Part shown: piece by piece, positions 18,945 to 27,869 of the stretch
How positions within the stretch are numbered: position 1 is the stretch's first letter
Layout: each line of letters starts with the position of its first letter
Assembly: GCA_965220155.1 (NCBI GenBank)
Contig: OZ244810.1
Coordinates: 3,627,633 to 3,691,632 of the forward strand
Direction: 5' to 3'
Length of the DNA stretch: 64,000 nucleotides
From: Dehalococcoidia bacterium
GTDB taxonomy: Bacteria; Chloroflexota; Dehalococcoidia; SHYB01
Position numbers and translations under genes: made by a program
Notes under the pieces: model-generated
Told to the model about the DNA's origin: nothing
Databases searched by the model: none
The model's input: only the letters and a program-made list of their open reading frames with translations

Positions 18945-19480
18945 TGTACAGTCGCCATTGCTTCCCTTGGCTGCAAACTGAACCAGTCGAAGGCGGAACG
19001 TCTAGCCCCTCGATTCAAGGGGGCCGGCTATGTGATACCATCGACCGGCTCCCGTACTCAGTTCCTGGCCATGGATGTGACCGTCAAGTCCCCGGGAGAA
19101 ACCGACACTACATTCGAAGAGGCCCATAGCTGCGTCCATCGGGTATCACCGGCCGTGAACCACGTGTTCCCGAAATGCTCAGCGTCCTGGGACGACAGCA
19201 GCCTACCTCGGCAGTCGGCACCCCCCAGACCAGGCGCCTCCGGGAGGAGCGCATGCTCGCCCCGACAAAGGATTTGGCCCGCTCGTGCGGAGAGCAGGCG
19301 TGCGGCAACCGGGCTTCGGTCCTTCGCGAGGAACGGAAGGAGCGCGACGGGCGGCAGGTATGGTCCGGCCCGACCGAGAACCACATCAGGGTCTTCACTC
19401 CCAGCTTCCGAAATCTCGCCAACAAGGTGTCCCGCGTTACCCTTGAGGAGGCGCAGGACGGTCTCTGGTGCACCTTGGAC
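18945..19480 (+). pseudogene. mtaB: Decayed MtaB/MiaB-type methylthiotransferase remnant
   Basis: SLGCKLNQS..E.L...F..AGY then directly PGET...FEE, HVFP, RPGTTAA (other frame), WSG.TEN.IRV (third frame); no CxxxCxxC core. Confidence 0.72.
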
Positions 19481-19617
19481 CATCACCGCACGACAGCCCG
19501 CATTCGTTTGAATCTATCTCCGGTAGGGGCCGGGGACAACGCGAAACACGTTGCGACCGGAGGAGGGCCTCAAATGTGCTCGCAAGGTGACGCCGTGAGG
19601 AACGAGAGGAGCGAGCC

Positions 19618-20433
19618 GTGGAATCGAACCTAGCCTTCGTGGGCACCAGAGCATCCGGCAAGACGTCCTGCGCCGGGCTTCTGTACCTTGCGGCGCAGGA
19701 CCGAGCACTGAGGAAGCCCCTCAAAGTAAGGACCTTCGAGCGTTCGCTGGACATCCGGGGAATCTCTCACTTGATGGCGTCGGGCGACTATCCGCCGGCA
19801 ACCCCCGTTGACGAGAATTTCAACGCGACCGTCGAGTTGGAGTTCGGACGGTGGTTCAAGCGAAGGGTAAGCGTGTCCTTTGTGGACATGGCAGGGGAGA
19901 CGATGCGCTCCCTCATGGACAGGTTCGAACGGCAGGATTTTGGCGTCGACGGCTATGTCGACCTCAACGATATCAACCGGTACATCCTGAGCGCGTCAGG
20001 GCATATTCTGGTCGCAGACCTTCCACGGCTTATGGGGTTGGAGGACGATGGCGGACTCCCCACAGACACCGCCCTGGCCCGTTTCATCGATGCCGTGGCC
20101 CGTTACAGAGGACAGGTCCGTCGAGCCCCCAAGTTCCGTGGCGTGGGGCTAGTCCTGACCAAATATGACATGGTCCGGGATGTCCTGGCGATGGAGGGTC
20201 TTGCGTTCCGGAGCCGCTTTGCCTTCATGCGGTTCATCCGACGGTTCATGAACCAGACCTATGTCAGCCTGGATACCCACGTGGGGTTCGACAACGTCAG
20301 CATCTTCTACAGCGGCGTGGAGACGCACCGCGACACGGGCAAGATCTATATCGACGCCGCGCGTAGACCAGTGTACTCCCGGGACCAATACGACCGGCTG
20401 CTCGACTGGTTATCCAAGAAATTCCACAAGTGA
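19618..20433 (+). CDS. TRAFAC-clade P-loop GTPase (double-GTPase-type conflict system)
   Basis: G1 GTRASGKT, G2 PPAT, G3 DMAGE, G4 LTKYD; GTG start after GAGGAG. Confidence 0.78.
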   Translation: MESNLAFVGTRASGKTSCAGLLYLAAQDRALRKPLKVRTFERSLDIRGISHLMASGDYPPATPVDENFNATVELEFGRWFKRRVSVSFVDMAGETMRSLMDRFERQDFGVDGYVDLNDINRYILSASGHILVADLPRLMGLEDDGGLPTDTALARFIDAVARYRGQVRRAPKFRGVGLVLTKYDMVRDVLAMEGLAFRSRFAFMRFIRRFMNQTYVSLDTHVGFDNVSIFYSGVETHRDTGKIYIDAARRPVYSRDQYDRLLDWLSKKFHK

Positions 20434-22073
20434 CCGTCATCTGCGAACATTTCGTCCACACGAGCCTGCCCAGGCGTGGGTTCGTTACCCTTGCCAGCCC
20501 TGGGCTGACCCCCGCTTTGGTGAAGGCGCTAACTCCCCCCTTCGAACCCTCCAAGATCGACGTAGGCATCTCGGTGACCCTCCCAGAGGAGTCCAAGGGG
20601 GGCCGGGTCGCCGTCTCCTACCTCCGGAGGCATGAAGACGAGTACAGGCGTCCATTTATCCATAACCACACGTTTCTTGCTCCTCGTGATGGTTATGTCG
20701 AGCTGGGAGCTCATCCCCGCGCGTTTGACCGCTGGTACCTCGACCTGGACCGCTTCGGCGTGGAGCAGCCAGTCGAGCCCATCGCCATCGAGCCGGACGC
20801 CAACGCTTCCTCCAGGCCCTCCCGCGACGACCTGCGGCGGGTTGGGGACTCCTTCCCCAGGGAGGGGTTGCTGGCTGATGTCGTGAGCGCCATCGAATCG
20901 GGCCAACAGCGACGGGTCACCGTGACCGGGACCCCCCGCCAAGCCATCGACCTGGTCTACTCTCTCCTGCGCGTATTGCCGCTGTCCCTGCGCTCTTTCC
21001 CCTTCGCTACCTTCGAGCCGCCGGGCGGCCACCGGCTCAAGTATCTTCTGACCGTCCTTCATGCTGGCGGAGATGGCAAGGCTGTGCATGTGGCCACCTC
21101 CTCGAGCGCTCGTCGGCCCGCCAAGATCACCGTCGACCTCGAACGTGCCGTATTGCAGGCAGACGAATCCCGAGTGGCGTCTGCTTGGGCCGCGTTCGAC
21201 CACCGCCACCGGATCTTTCAAGCTCTGTCACTGGCCCGAAAACAGCTTCTTTCGGGCGAGCTCGAACCGGCGGCCAGCACTCTGTCCAGGGCGGCGAAGC
21301 CGTTGCAGGGGCCTGACGCCCAGCAGGATGAAATCAAGGAATACCAGACCCTTTACCTGGAGCTCACCAAGAAGACGAACAAACTGGATGCCTACTGGAC
21401 CGCCCTCAATCACCCATCCGTACTGGGTAACAAGCCGGCTACGGCAGGGAAAGTCTTGGAGGAATCGGGTGTCGCCCCCGAGTTCAAGACCGGCCTGGCT
21501 TTCAAGTCGCTGCTGGCGTACGACCCGCCCGATCTGCAGAAGCACGGGATAGTCGCATTCATCCTGCGAGACCCCGATTCGCTCATCAGTGAAGTAGCAG
21601 GAGGGCGGCTTTCACTCGCGAGCGCTCTTAAGGTGCTCCTCTCCGATTCGGCACAGTGGATGCCGTTGCTTTTAACCCTGTTCCAATTCGACGTTTCAGC
21701 CAAGACCATCGAGTCCCATGAAGGTTCGGACACCCCACCCAGATTCATTGATTACCTGAACGACCTGGCGGCGCTCGAGGGCTTGGGCCACCCGGGGCCC
21801 GCAACGGTCAAGAGGATGCTAGAGATCTTCACTGGGAGGCTCCAAGCCGCATTCGACAACGAGCTCAAGAAACTGGACCACGCCAGGAGAGGCGGGCTTT
21901 CGGACTTGAGGCCGCGGTATGCGGCCCAGACGCTGGCTCTGCTCCGTCGAAGCGGGGCCACGGAAAAAGTCGCAAGATTGGCCGTCGCCGTGAATTCCAA
22001 GGTTAGCCGGCGGAGGTGGTCAAAGATGCTGGACCGCTTCTCCGGCTACGATAACCAGAGCAGCCGCCCATAG
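20430..22073 (+). CDS. Putative GTPase-associated protein (GAP1-like N-terminus, helical C-terminus)
   Basis: GTGA-coupled to GTPase; HFVHTS..GF.T.A.SPGL, DEYRRP..HNH, LLRVLPLSLR.FPFATF. Confidence 0.55.
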   Translation: MTVICEHFVHTSLPRRGFVTLASPGLTPALVKALTPPFEPSKIDVGISVTLPEESKGGRVAVSYLRRHEDEYRRPFIHNHTFLAPRDGYVELGAHPRAFDRWYLDLDRFGVEQPVEPIAIEPDANASSRPSRDDLRRVGDSFPREGLLADVVSAIESGQQRRVTVTGTPRQAIDLVYSLLRVLPLSLRSFPFATFEPPGGHRLKYLLTVLHAGGDGKAVHVATSSSARRPAKITVDLERAVLQADESRVASAWAAFDHRHRIFQALSLARKQLLSGELEPAASTLSRAAKPLQGPDAQQDEIKEYQTLYLELTKKTNKLDAYWTALNHPSVLGNKPATAGKVLEESGVAPEFKTGLAFKSLLAYDPPDLQKHGIVAFILRDPDSLISEVAGGRLSLASALKVLLSDSAQWMPLLLTLFQFDVSAKTIESHEGSDTPPRFIDYLNDLAALEGLGHPGPATVKRMLEIFTGRLQAAFDNELKKLDHARRGGLSDLRPRYAAQTLALLRRSGATEKVARLAVAVNSKVSRRRWSKMLDRFSGYDNQSSRP

Positions 22074-22291
22074 CTCAGGGAGAAACCGCGAGAAGCCTCT
22101 CGAGGGCGTCTCGGCAATCTCCTACGAGGATCTGCCGCGGGATACCACTCCGCTCCGAGCCGGGAGCTCGTTGGTGCCGTTGCGGCGCGAGGTGCGGGAA
22201 TCCTGGCCACCCGCGTGGGCTGCGGGCCCGATGCCCCGAAGAGGACGGCGCAGCCGCGGCCGCCAATGCCGGGGGTCTTTCTTTGCTGCGG

Positions 22292-22369
22292 TGGTCGGGG
22301 AGGCGGGATTCGAACCCGCGACCCCCACGTCCCAAACGTGGTGCGCTAACCGGGCTGCGCTACTCCCCG
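22292..22369 (-). tRNA. tRNA-Pro (TGG)
   Basis: CGGGGAG..., anticodon arm CCACG-TTTGGGA-CGTGG, GGTTCGAATCC, ends ACCA. Confidence 0.96.
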
Positions 22370-22752
22370 ACGGGCCGGAGCTCACGGAGAGAACGGAACA
22401 CCCGTTCCCACGGAGCCCTCTCTACAAAGCATAGCTGCGCGCCCTCTCAAGGGTCAACGCTCGGCCAGCAGGGCACGAATCTCGCACAGGGCATCATCCT
22501 CGACGCCAGCTTCGCGGGCATGCGGGTGAACGCCGGGCGCCCGGCGCCCGCATCGCGGCCGTATCGAATGGGGCGGGTCCCCCAGGAGCGGCGGCGGACC
22601 TCCGGAGCGACCTCTAGCATCGATCGCCTCAAGCCGGTGTTGTGGTCCCCGCCACGGCTGAGCTGGTCTGGGTGAATGGCGATGAGCCGGGGCTTGTAGC
22701 GTCGTCCGCCAGGCACTCCGCTGAGGTCAGCAAGAGTTGGGCCACGCTCAGT

Positions 22753-22782
22753 TTGACGATTCGCGGCGCTGAAGGGTACACT
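22753..22782 (+). promoter_or_regulatory. Putative sigma70 promoter for DEAD-box helicase
   Basis: TTGACG-N18-TACACT. Confidence 0.6.
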
Positions 22783-22819
22783 GGGCTAACGCTACAGTCC
22801 CTTCAGGGCAGGATCTCTC

Positions 22820-24103
22820 ATCACTTCCGAAGCAACCGACCCCCGGCCGACCACCGCAATCACCACCGACCCGATCCCCAACCGCCGGAGACGCCGCAGG
22901 CGCAAGCTCCCTTCCACCCCTAACAACGAGGGGCGTCCGGCTGCCCAGCACAACGGCACCGTTGAGGCTGGGGCGCTGGCCCAAACAGAGCCGTTCGGAG
23001 ACTTGCTCGTCTCCGAGCCGGTTGGGCGGGCCCTCGCAGAGCTAGGGTACGTAACGCCGACTCCGATCCAGACGCAGGTCGTGCCAGCGATGCTCCAGCG
23101 TCTCGACATCGTTGGCCAGGCCCAGACCGGCACAGGTAAGACAGCCGCATTTGGTATTCCCATCGCGGAGATGGTGGACGGACGAGAGGCCTACACCCAA
23201 GCAATTGTTCTCGTGCCCACCCGGGAGCTCGCCGTCCAGGTCACTGAAGAGCTCAAGAGAATCTTCCGGTACCGCGGTATTCGAGTCGCGGCCATCTACG
23301 GAGGGCAGGCGATCAAGGTGCAGTTCGAAGCCCTGGATGCCGGTGCTCACGTAGTCGTCGGGACTCCTGGGAGGGTCATCGATCATCTGGACCGCCGCAC
23401 GTTGAGCTTACAAGCTGTCAAGACGGTCGTCCTCGATGAAGCCGACCAGATGCTGGACATCGGGTTCGCTCCAGATATTCGGCGAATCCTACGCCAAACG
23501 CCCCGGGACCGGCAGACGACGCTCTTCACCGCCACTGTCCCCACACAGATCAAACGCCTCATCTACGCCTTCCTGGAAGAACCGACATGGTTCAAAGTAG
23601 GCGGGGAGTCCGAGCCTGTGGCCGAAGTCCGGCAGACCTACTGCGAGGTGGCGGGGAGGGACAAGCTGCGCGGGCTGATGGAGGTGCTCCGGGAGGTTGG
23701 GGACGAGCAGACGATGGTCTTCTGCCGCACCCAGATCGCCGTCGACCGCATCGTTGAGCAGCTAAGGCGCCGCGGCCACGAGATAGAAGGGATTCACGGG
23801 CGCATGCCCCAACCAAAGCGGACCGCGGTCATGCGCGGGTTCCGGGAAGGGCGTATCCGGGCGCTGGTGGCTACGAATCTTGCATCCCGGGGTCTCGATA
23901 TCCCCGCGGTAGCGAACGTCATCAACTTCGACATGCCCGACAATGTTGAAGAGTACGTTCACCGCATAGGCCGCACGGCGCGCATGGGCAGGCCCGGCAC
24001 CGCAATGATCTTCGTTAGCGAGTGGGACCTCCCGGGCTTCGATGCCATCCGCGAGCACGTTGGCGAGGAAAGCCTCGAGCGGTTCGAGCTTTCCTTCTAC
24101 TGA
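22820..24103 (+). CDS. DEAD-box RNA helicase (start uncertain, probably non-canonical)
   Basis: Q motif PTPIQ, AQTGTGKT, PTRELA, TPGR, DEAD, TAT, YVHRIGRTAR; frame is open upstream of TTG 23003 back to ~22790. Confidence 0.9.
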   Translation: MTSEATDPRPTTAITTDPIPNRRRRRRRKLPSTPNNEGRPAAQHNGTVEAGALAQTEPFGDLLVSEPVGRALAELGYVTPTPIQTQVVPAMLQRLDIVGQAQTGTGKTAAFGIPIAEMVDGREAYTQAIVLVPTRELAVQVTEELKRIFRYRGIRVAAIYGGQAIKVQFEALDAGAHVVVGTPGRVIDHLDRRTLSLQAVKTVVLDEADQMLDIGFAPDIRRILRQTPRDRQTTLFTATVPTQIKRLIYAFLEEPTWFKVGGESEPVAEVRQTYCEVAGRDKLRGLMEVLREVGDEQTMVFCRTQIAVDRIVEQLRRRGHEIEGIHGRMPQPKRTAVMRGFREGRIRALVATNLASRGLDIPAVANVINFDMPDNVEEYVHRIGRTARMGRPGTAMIFVSEWDLPGFDAIREHVGEESLERFELSFY

Positions 24104-24147
24104 TCGCCATCTGAGGCCGTCAAGCTCGGGCAAGCGCCGAGACAGTC

Positions 24148-24711
24148 TTATGCCTCTCGCTGCTCCCGTTCCCTTCGCATTAACATCTGGAGCGTCCGGC
24201 CGTTGAACCCCAAGGCCTCCGCTCGTCGGGCGCTGGCCTCGGCCCCCTCGTCATCACTCATCATCGTCAGACCCAGTGCGCGGATCGCGTGCCCGCCGGG
24301 ATGGGTCTCTTGAAGACGGATGACGTCCTCCGCGTCACGCAGCGCTTCCCCGGCGTGGCCCAACTCGAAAAACGCCGCCGCACGGTTGTTCAACGAGTCG
24401 ACCTGGCTCGGGTCGACACGGAGGGCAGTCGTGAAATCGTCAATGGCCAGAAGGTGCTGCTTCAGAGTCACCCGAGCCAGCCCGCGATTGTAGTAAGCTT
24501 CGGCATTCGATGGGTCGATCTCGATCGACGCGTTGAAGTCCTCGATAGCCTGTTGGGCGGCGCCGATCTGCCCATACAGGACCCCGCGCGCGAAATGGGC
24601 TGGCGCGTCCCGGGGACTCCCGTGGATGGACTTGGTCAGCTCAGCAATGGACGCCTCGATCCCGGCGACTTCATCCGAGGCATCTTCACCATGGGAGGGC
24701 CGCGTCAGCAC
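24148..24711 (-). CDS. Tetratricopeptide repeat protein
   Basis: AHFARG, AIEDFN.SIEIDP..AEAYYNRG, AIDDFT.AL..DP. Confidence 0.85.
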   Translation of the reverse strand: MLTRPSHGEDASDEVAGIEASIAELTKSIHGSPRDAPAHFARGVLYGQIGAAQQAIEDFNASIEIDPSNAEAYYNRGLARVTLKQHLLAIDDFTTALRVDPSQVDSLNNRAAAFFELGHAGEALRDAEDVIRLQETHPGGHAIRALGLTMMSDDEGAEASARRAEALGFNGRTLQMLMRREREQREA

Positions 24712-24890
24712 TTCCTATGTTCTCTCGCAAAGTGGAAGATCATCCGCGGGGGCAGCGTGTTGAGTATAGCAGCCCCCATCAGCCTATTGCCCAAGCCCGG
24801 GGCAGGGGTCCGAGCGTTCAATGCGGAGCCTCGGCACGAGCCGGGACGGGCTGGGCGGCGCGGGATGTTCCCGGTCCCCGCGGAACGCCG

Positions 24891-25808
24891 CTAGGCCCCC
24901 GAGCGCGCTGCCGTGGGGACCGGCAGATCGATCGGGAACTCGCGTAACAACCCTTCCACCACCTCGGCGCTCTTCGGATCGGGGCCGGTCAATGGCAGCC
25001 GGCACCCGCCCATCGGGAACCCAAGCTGCTCCAGGGCGTATTTTACCGGGATGGGATTGGATATGACGAATAGGCCGTCGAAGAGAGGACGCAGCCTTCC
25101 GTTGATTGCCTCCGCCTCATCGATGCGGCCGCCAACGCACAGATCGATCATCTGCCTGATCTGGCGCCCAACCAGATGCGACGCCACCGCAACGACGCCG
25201 TAGCCCCCCATTCGCACTATCTCGAAGGTATCCTGATCGTTACCGCTCCAGAGATAGAAATCGAAGCGCCGGACTCCCGTGAGGATGGCCTCAACCTGGG
25301 CCATATCTCCCCCAGCCTCTTTGATGCCTATGATGTTGGGGACCTCGCTCAGCCTCAGCACGGTCTCCGCTTCGAGCTTCGTGACCGTGCGGCTTGGGAC
25401 GTTGTAAAGGATGCAGGGTAGCCGAGTGCTCTCCGCAACAGCCTTGAAATGCTGATACAGCCCCTCTTGGGTCGGCTTGTTGTAGTAGGGGACCACCAAT
25501 AGGGCCCCGTCCGCGCCGGTCCCCTCCGCCGCCTGAGTGAGCTCGATGCTCCCTGCGGTGCTGTTAGTGCCCGTCCCAGCTATGACCCAGGAACGGTCTC
25601 CGACGTGACTCTTGATGGTCGAGTACAGCCGGAGCTTCTCGTCCCTGGACAGGGTCGGTGATTCGCCGGTTGTGCCCGTTACCACGAGTCCATCGGTGCC
25701 GGAGTCCAGGAGGGCGGCCGCAAGCGCCTTCGCCTGGGAATAGTCAACAGAGCCATCACGCGCGAATGGCGTGACCATCGCTGTTATCAACCGTCCAGCT
25801 TCCCCCAT
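24891..25808 (-). CDS. dapA: 4-hydroxy-tetrahydrodipicolinate synthase
   Basis: TAMVTPF, GTTGESPTL, PYYNKP, LYNVPSRT, GIKEA, NPIPVK; ATG 25808. Confidence 0.96.
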   Translation of the reverse strand: MGEAGRLITAMVTPFARDGSVDYSQAKALAAALLDSGTDGLVVTGTTGESPTLSRDEKLRLYSTIKSHVGDRSWVIAGTGTNSTAGSIELTQAAEGTGADGALLVVPYYNKPTQEGLYQHFKAVAESTRLPCILYNVPSRTVTKLEAETVLRLSEVPNIIGIKEAGGDMAQVEAILTGVRRFDFYLWSGNDQDTFEIVRMGGYGVVAVASHLVGRQIRQMIDLCVGGRIDEAEAINGRLRPLFDGLFVISNPIPVKYALEQLGFPMGGCRLPLTGPDPKSAEVVEGLLREFPIDLPVPTAARSGA

Positions 25809-25861
25809 CGCTTGTGCCTCCAAGCCCTGATCTATTCCAGGCCTCCCCCGAGACCAACCTC

Positions 25862-26881
25862 CTAGACCCCCCGAAGCAGTCCCCGCCGATGCATCTCCTC
25901 CGCGATCTGGATGGCGTTCAGCGCCGCCCCCTTGAGCAAGTTGTCCGTCGAAACCCAGAGCGCCAGGCCGTTGGGATGGGACGCATCCTGGCGAATTCGC
26001 CCCACAAAGACAGGCGCCGCGCCGGCAGCGGCAATCGGGGTCGGGTACTGGTCCGTCAGGGGGTCGTCGACGATCTTGACGCCCGGCATCTCTGCGAGGA
26101 GCGCCCGAGCCTCGGTTGGACTTATCGGCCCCTCGAACTCGATGTGCGCAGCCACGCTGTGACTCCGGTAGACAGGCACGCGGACACACGTTGCCGAGAA
26201 GGCAAGGTCGGGCCTGTGCAGGATTTTCCTGGTCTCTTCACCCATCTTCCACTCTTCTTTTGAGTAGCCCGTTTCGAGAAAGGTGTCGACAGCCGGGATG
26301 ACGTTGAATCCAATCTGATGCGGGAAAAGCTGGGGCCGGATGGGCTGCCCACCGAGCACCCGGCTTGCCTGGTCGGTGAGCTCGCCGATGGCTGCGCCCC
26401 CCGCCCCGGAGACCGCCTGATACGTGTCGGCCACGACCCGGACGGGCCGACTCGCCCTTGCCAGGGGTTGAAGCGCCATCACCAACGGCACCATCGTACA
26501 GTTGGGCGTCGAAACGATCCCCCGGTGCCGTTCAAGGTCGTCGGGGTTGATCTCGGGGACCACCAGAGGGACATTAGGGTCTAAGCGAAACGCAGAGCTA
26601 TCGTCGATGGCAACGCCGCCGTGGGCGGCCACGACCGGGCAAAGGTCCCGCGACGCCTCGGTGCTCGCCGAGACGAACACGACATCCGCCTCTTTCAACG
26701 CATCTGGGGTCGTCTCCCGGACCTCCAGCATGTCGTCACCGAACGGGAGCATACGCCCCGCCGAGCGGCTGGTCGCCAGCAGCCTCAAGGAGTCCACGGG
26801 AAGAGCCGTCTGCTTGAGGAGCTTCAGGAATTCAGCTCCCACGGCCCCGGTCGCTCCCACGAGTGCGACGTTCAAGCCCAC
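25862..26881 (-). CDS. asd: Aspartate-semialdehyde dehydrogenase
   Basis: GATGAVG, SSAFR, PNCT, YQAVSGAG, TCVRVPV, DNLLKGAALN. Confidence 0.96.
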   Translation of the reverse strand: MGLNVALVGATGAVGAEFLKLLKQTALPVDSLRLLATSRSAGRMLPFGDDMLEVRETTPDALKEADVVFVSASTEASRDLCPVVAAHGGVAIDDSSAFRLDPNVPLVVPEINPDDLERHRGIVSTPNCTMVPLVMALQPLARASRPVRVVADTYQAVSGAGGAAIGELTDQASRVLGGQPIRPQLFPHQIGFNVIPAVDTFLETGYSKEEWKMGEETRKILHRPDLAFSATCVRVPVYRSHSVAAHIEFEGPISPTEARALLAEMPGVKIVDDPLTDQYPTPIAAAGAAPVFVGRIRQDASHPNGLALWVSTDNLLKGAALNAIQIAEEMHRRGLLRGV

Positions 26882-26885
26882 GGCC

Positions 26886-27686
26886 CTAACCTCCCAGCCC
26901 CAGGAGGTTGTCGAGGCCGTATACGAAGCCCTTGTGCTTCATGACGTGCCGCACCGCGATGAGAATCCCAGGACCGTAGCAGTCCCTGTTGATCGTATCG
27001 TGCCGGATGGACAGCGTCTGACCGGCGGTGCCGAAGATGACCTCCTGATGCGCCATCGCGCCCGGGAGACGCACACTGTGCACCGTGACACCCTCCACAG
27101 ATGCCCCCCGCGGCCCTTGGACCGTTTCCCTTTCGGGGACGTTTCTTTCGAACGGACGGCCCCTGGCCTCCGCCAGCATGCGAGCGGTGGCCACCGCCGT
27201 GCCCGAAGGCGCATCAATCTTGGTCTCGTGGTGGGTCTCGATGATCTCGGCGTAGTCAAAATGGCGGGAGGCCCTTCGGGCGACGTCCATCATGACCACC
27301 GCTCCCAGGGCAAAATTCGGCGCGACAACCCCTCCGACCTCGCAGCGCTGGGCCAGCCCGCGCATCTCATCGATAGCTTCCTGCGACTGGCCCGTGGTGC
27401 CAACCACAAAGTTGCTGCCGCGTTCCGCCGCCCACCGCACCACGGGAAGCGTCGCATCCGCGGTCGAGAAGTCAATCATGACATCAGGTTCGGCGCTCGA
27501 GGGCAACCCGTCCGCGGACGAAGCCAACGGGACAGTATCGTGTCCCGGCACCTGCACCGTCTCCGTCGAGGCCGCGCTGTCTATGCCGGCGACGGGCACA
27601 GTACTCTCGTCGGCTGCGAGCGCAGCCAGCACCGCTTGGCCCATCTTACCCAGGGCCCCGTTCACCACCACCCGGACCGGGCTCAC
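26886..27686 (-). CDS. dapB: 4-hydroxy-tetrahydrodipicolinate reductase
   Basis: GALGKMG, VGTTG, PNFALG, ETHHETKIDAPSGTA, HSVRLPG. Confidence 0.96.
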   Translation of the reverse strand: MSPVRVVVNGALGKMGQAVLAALAADESTVPVAGIDSAASTETVQVPGHDTVPLASSADGLPSSAEPDVMIDFSTADATLPVVRWAAERGSNFVVGTTGQSQEAIDEMRGLAQRCEVGGVVAPNFALGAVVMMDVARRASRHFDYAEIIETHHETKIDAPSGTAVATARMLAEARGRPFERNVPERETVQGPRGASVEGVTVHSVRLPGAMAHQEVIFGTAGQTLSIRHDTINRDCYGPGILIAVRHVMKHKGFVYGLDNLLGLGG

Positions 27687-27733
27687 CTGTGCCCCCCAAC
27701 CAGAAGTACCCCAGATTATAGCCCAACAGTAAG

Positions 27734-27759
27734 CGAAAGGCGCCCGCGGGCGCCTTTCG
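27734..27759 (-). terminator. Hairpin downstream of pnp (probable intrinsic terminator)
   Basis: Perfect inverted repeat CGAAAGGCGCCC-GC-GGGCGCCTTTCG. Confidence 0.6.
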
Positions 27760-27869
27760 TCACTCTCTGGTCATAGTATCTCGTTGGATCGGCCTCGCCG
27801 CTCAGCTACGTATGGCACTCGCTGGGCCGGCGTCGCGAACCTCGCGTTTCCCCTGCCCCCACAACCGGG

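Noticed and set aside
22447-22716. Small minus-strand ORF between tRNA-Pro and the helicase
   Set aside because: No recognisable motif or RBS; it overlaps the likely tRNA promoter region
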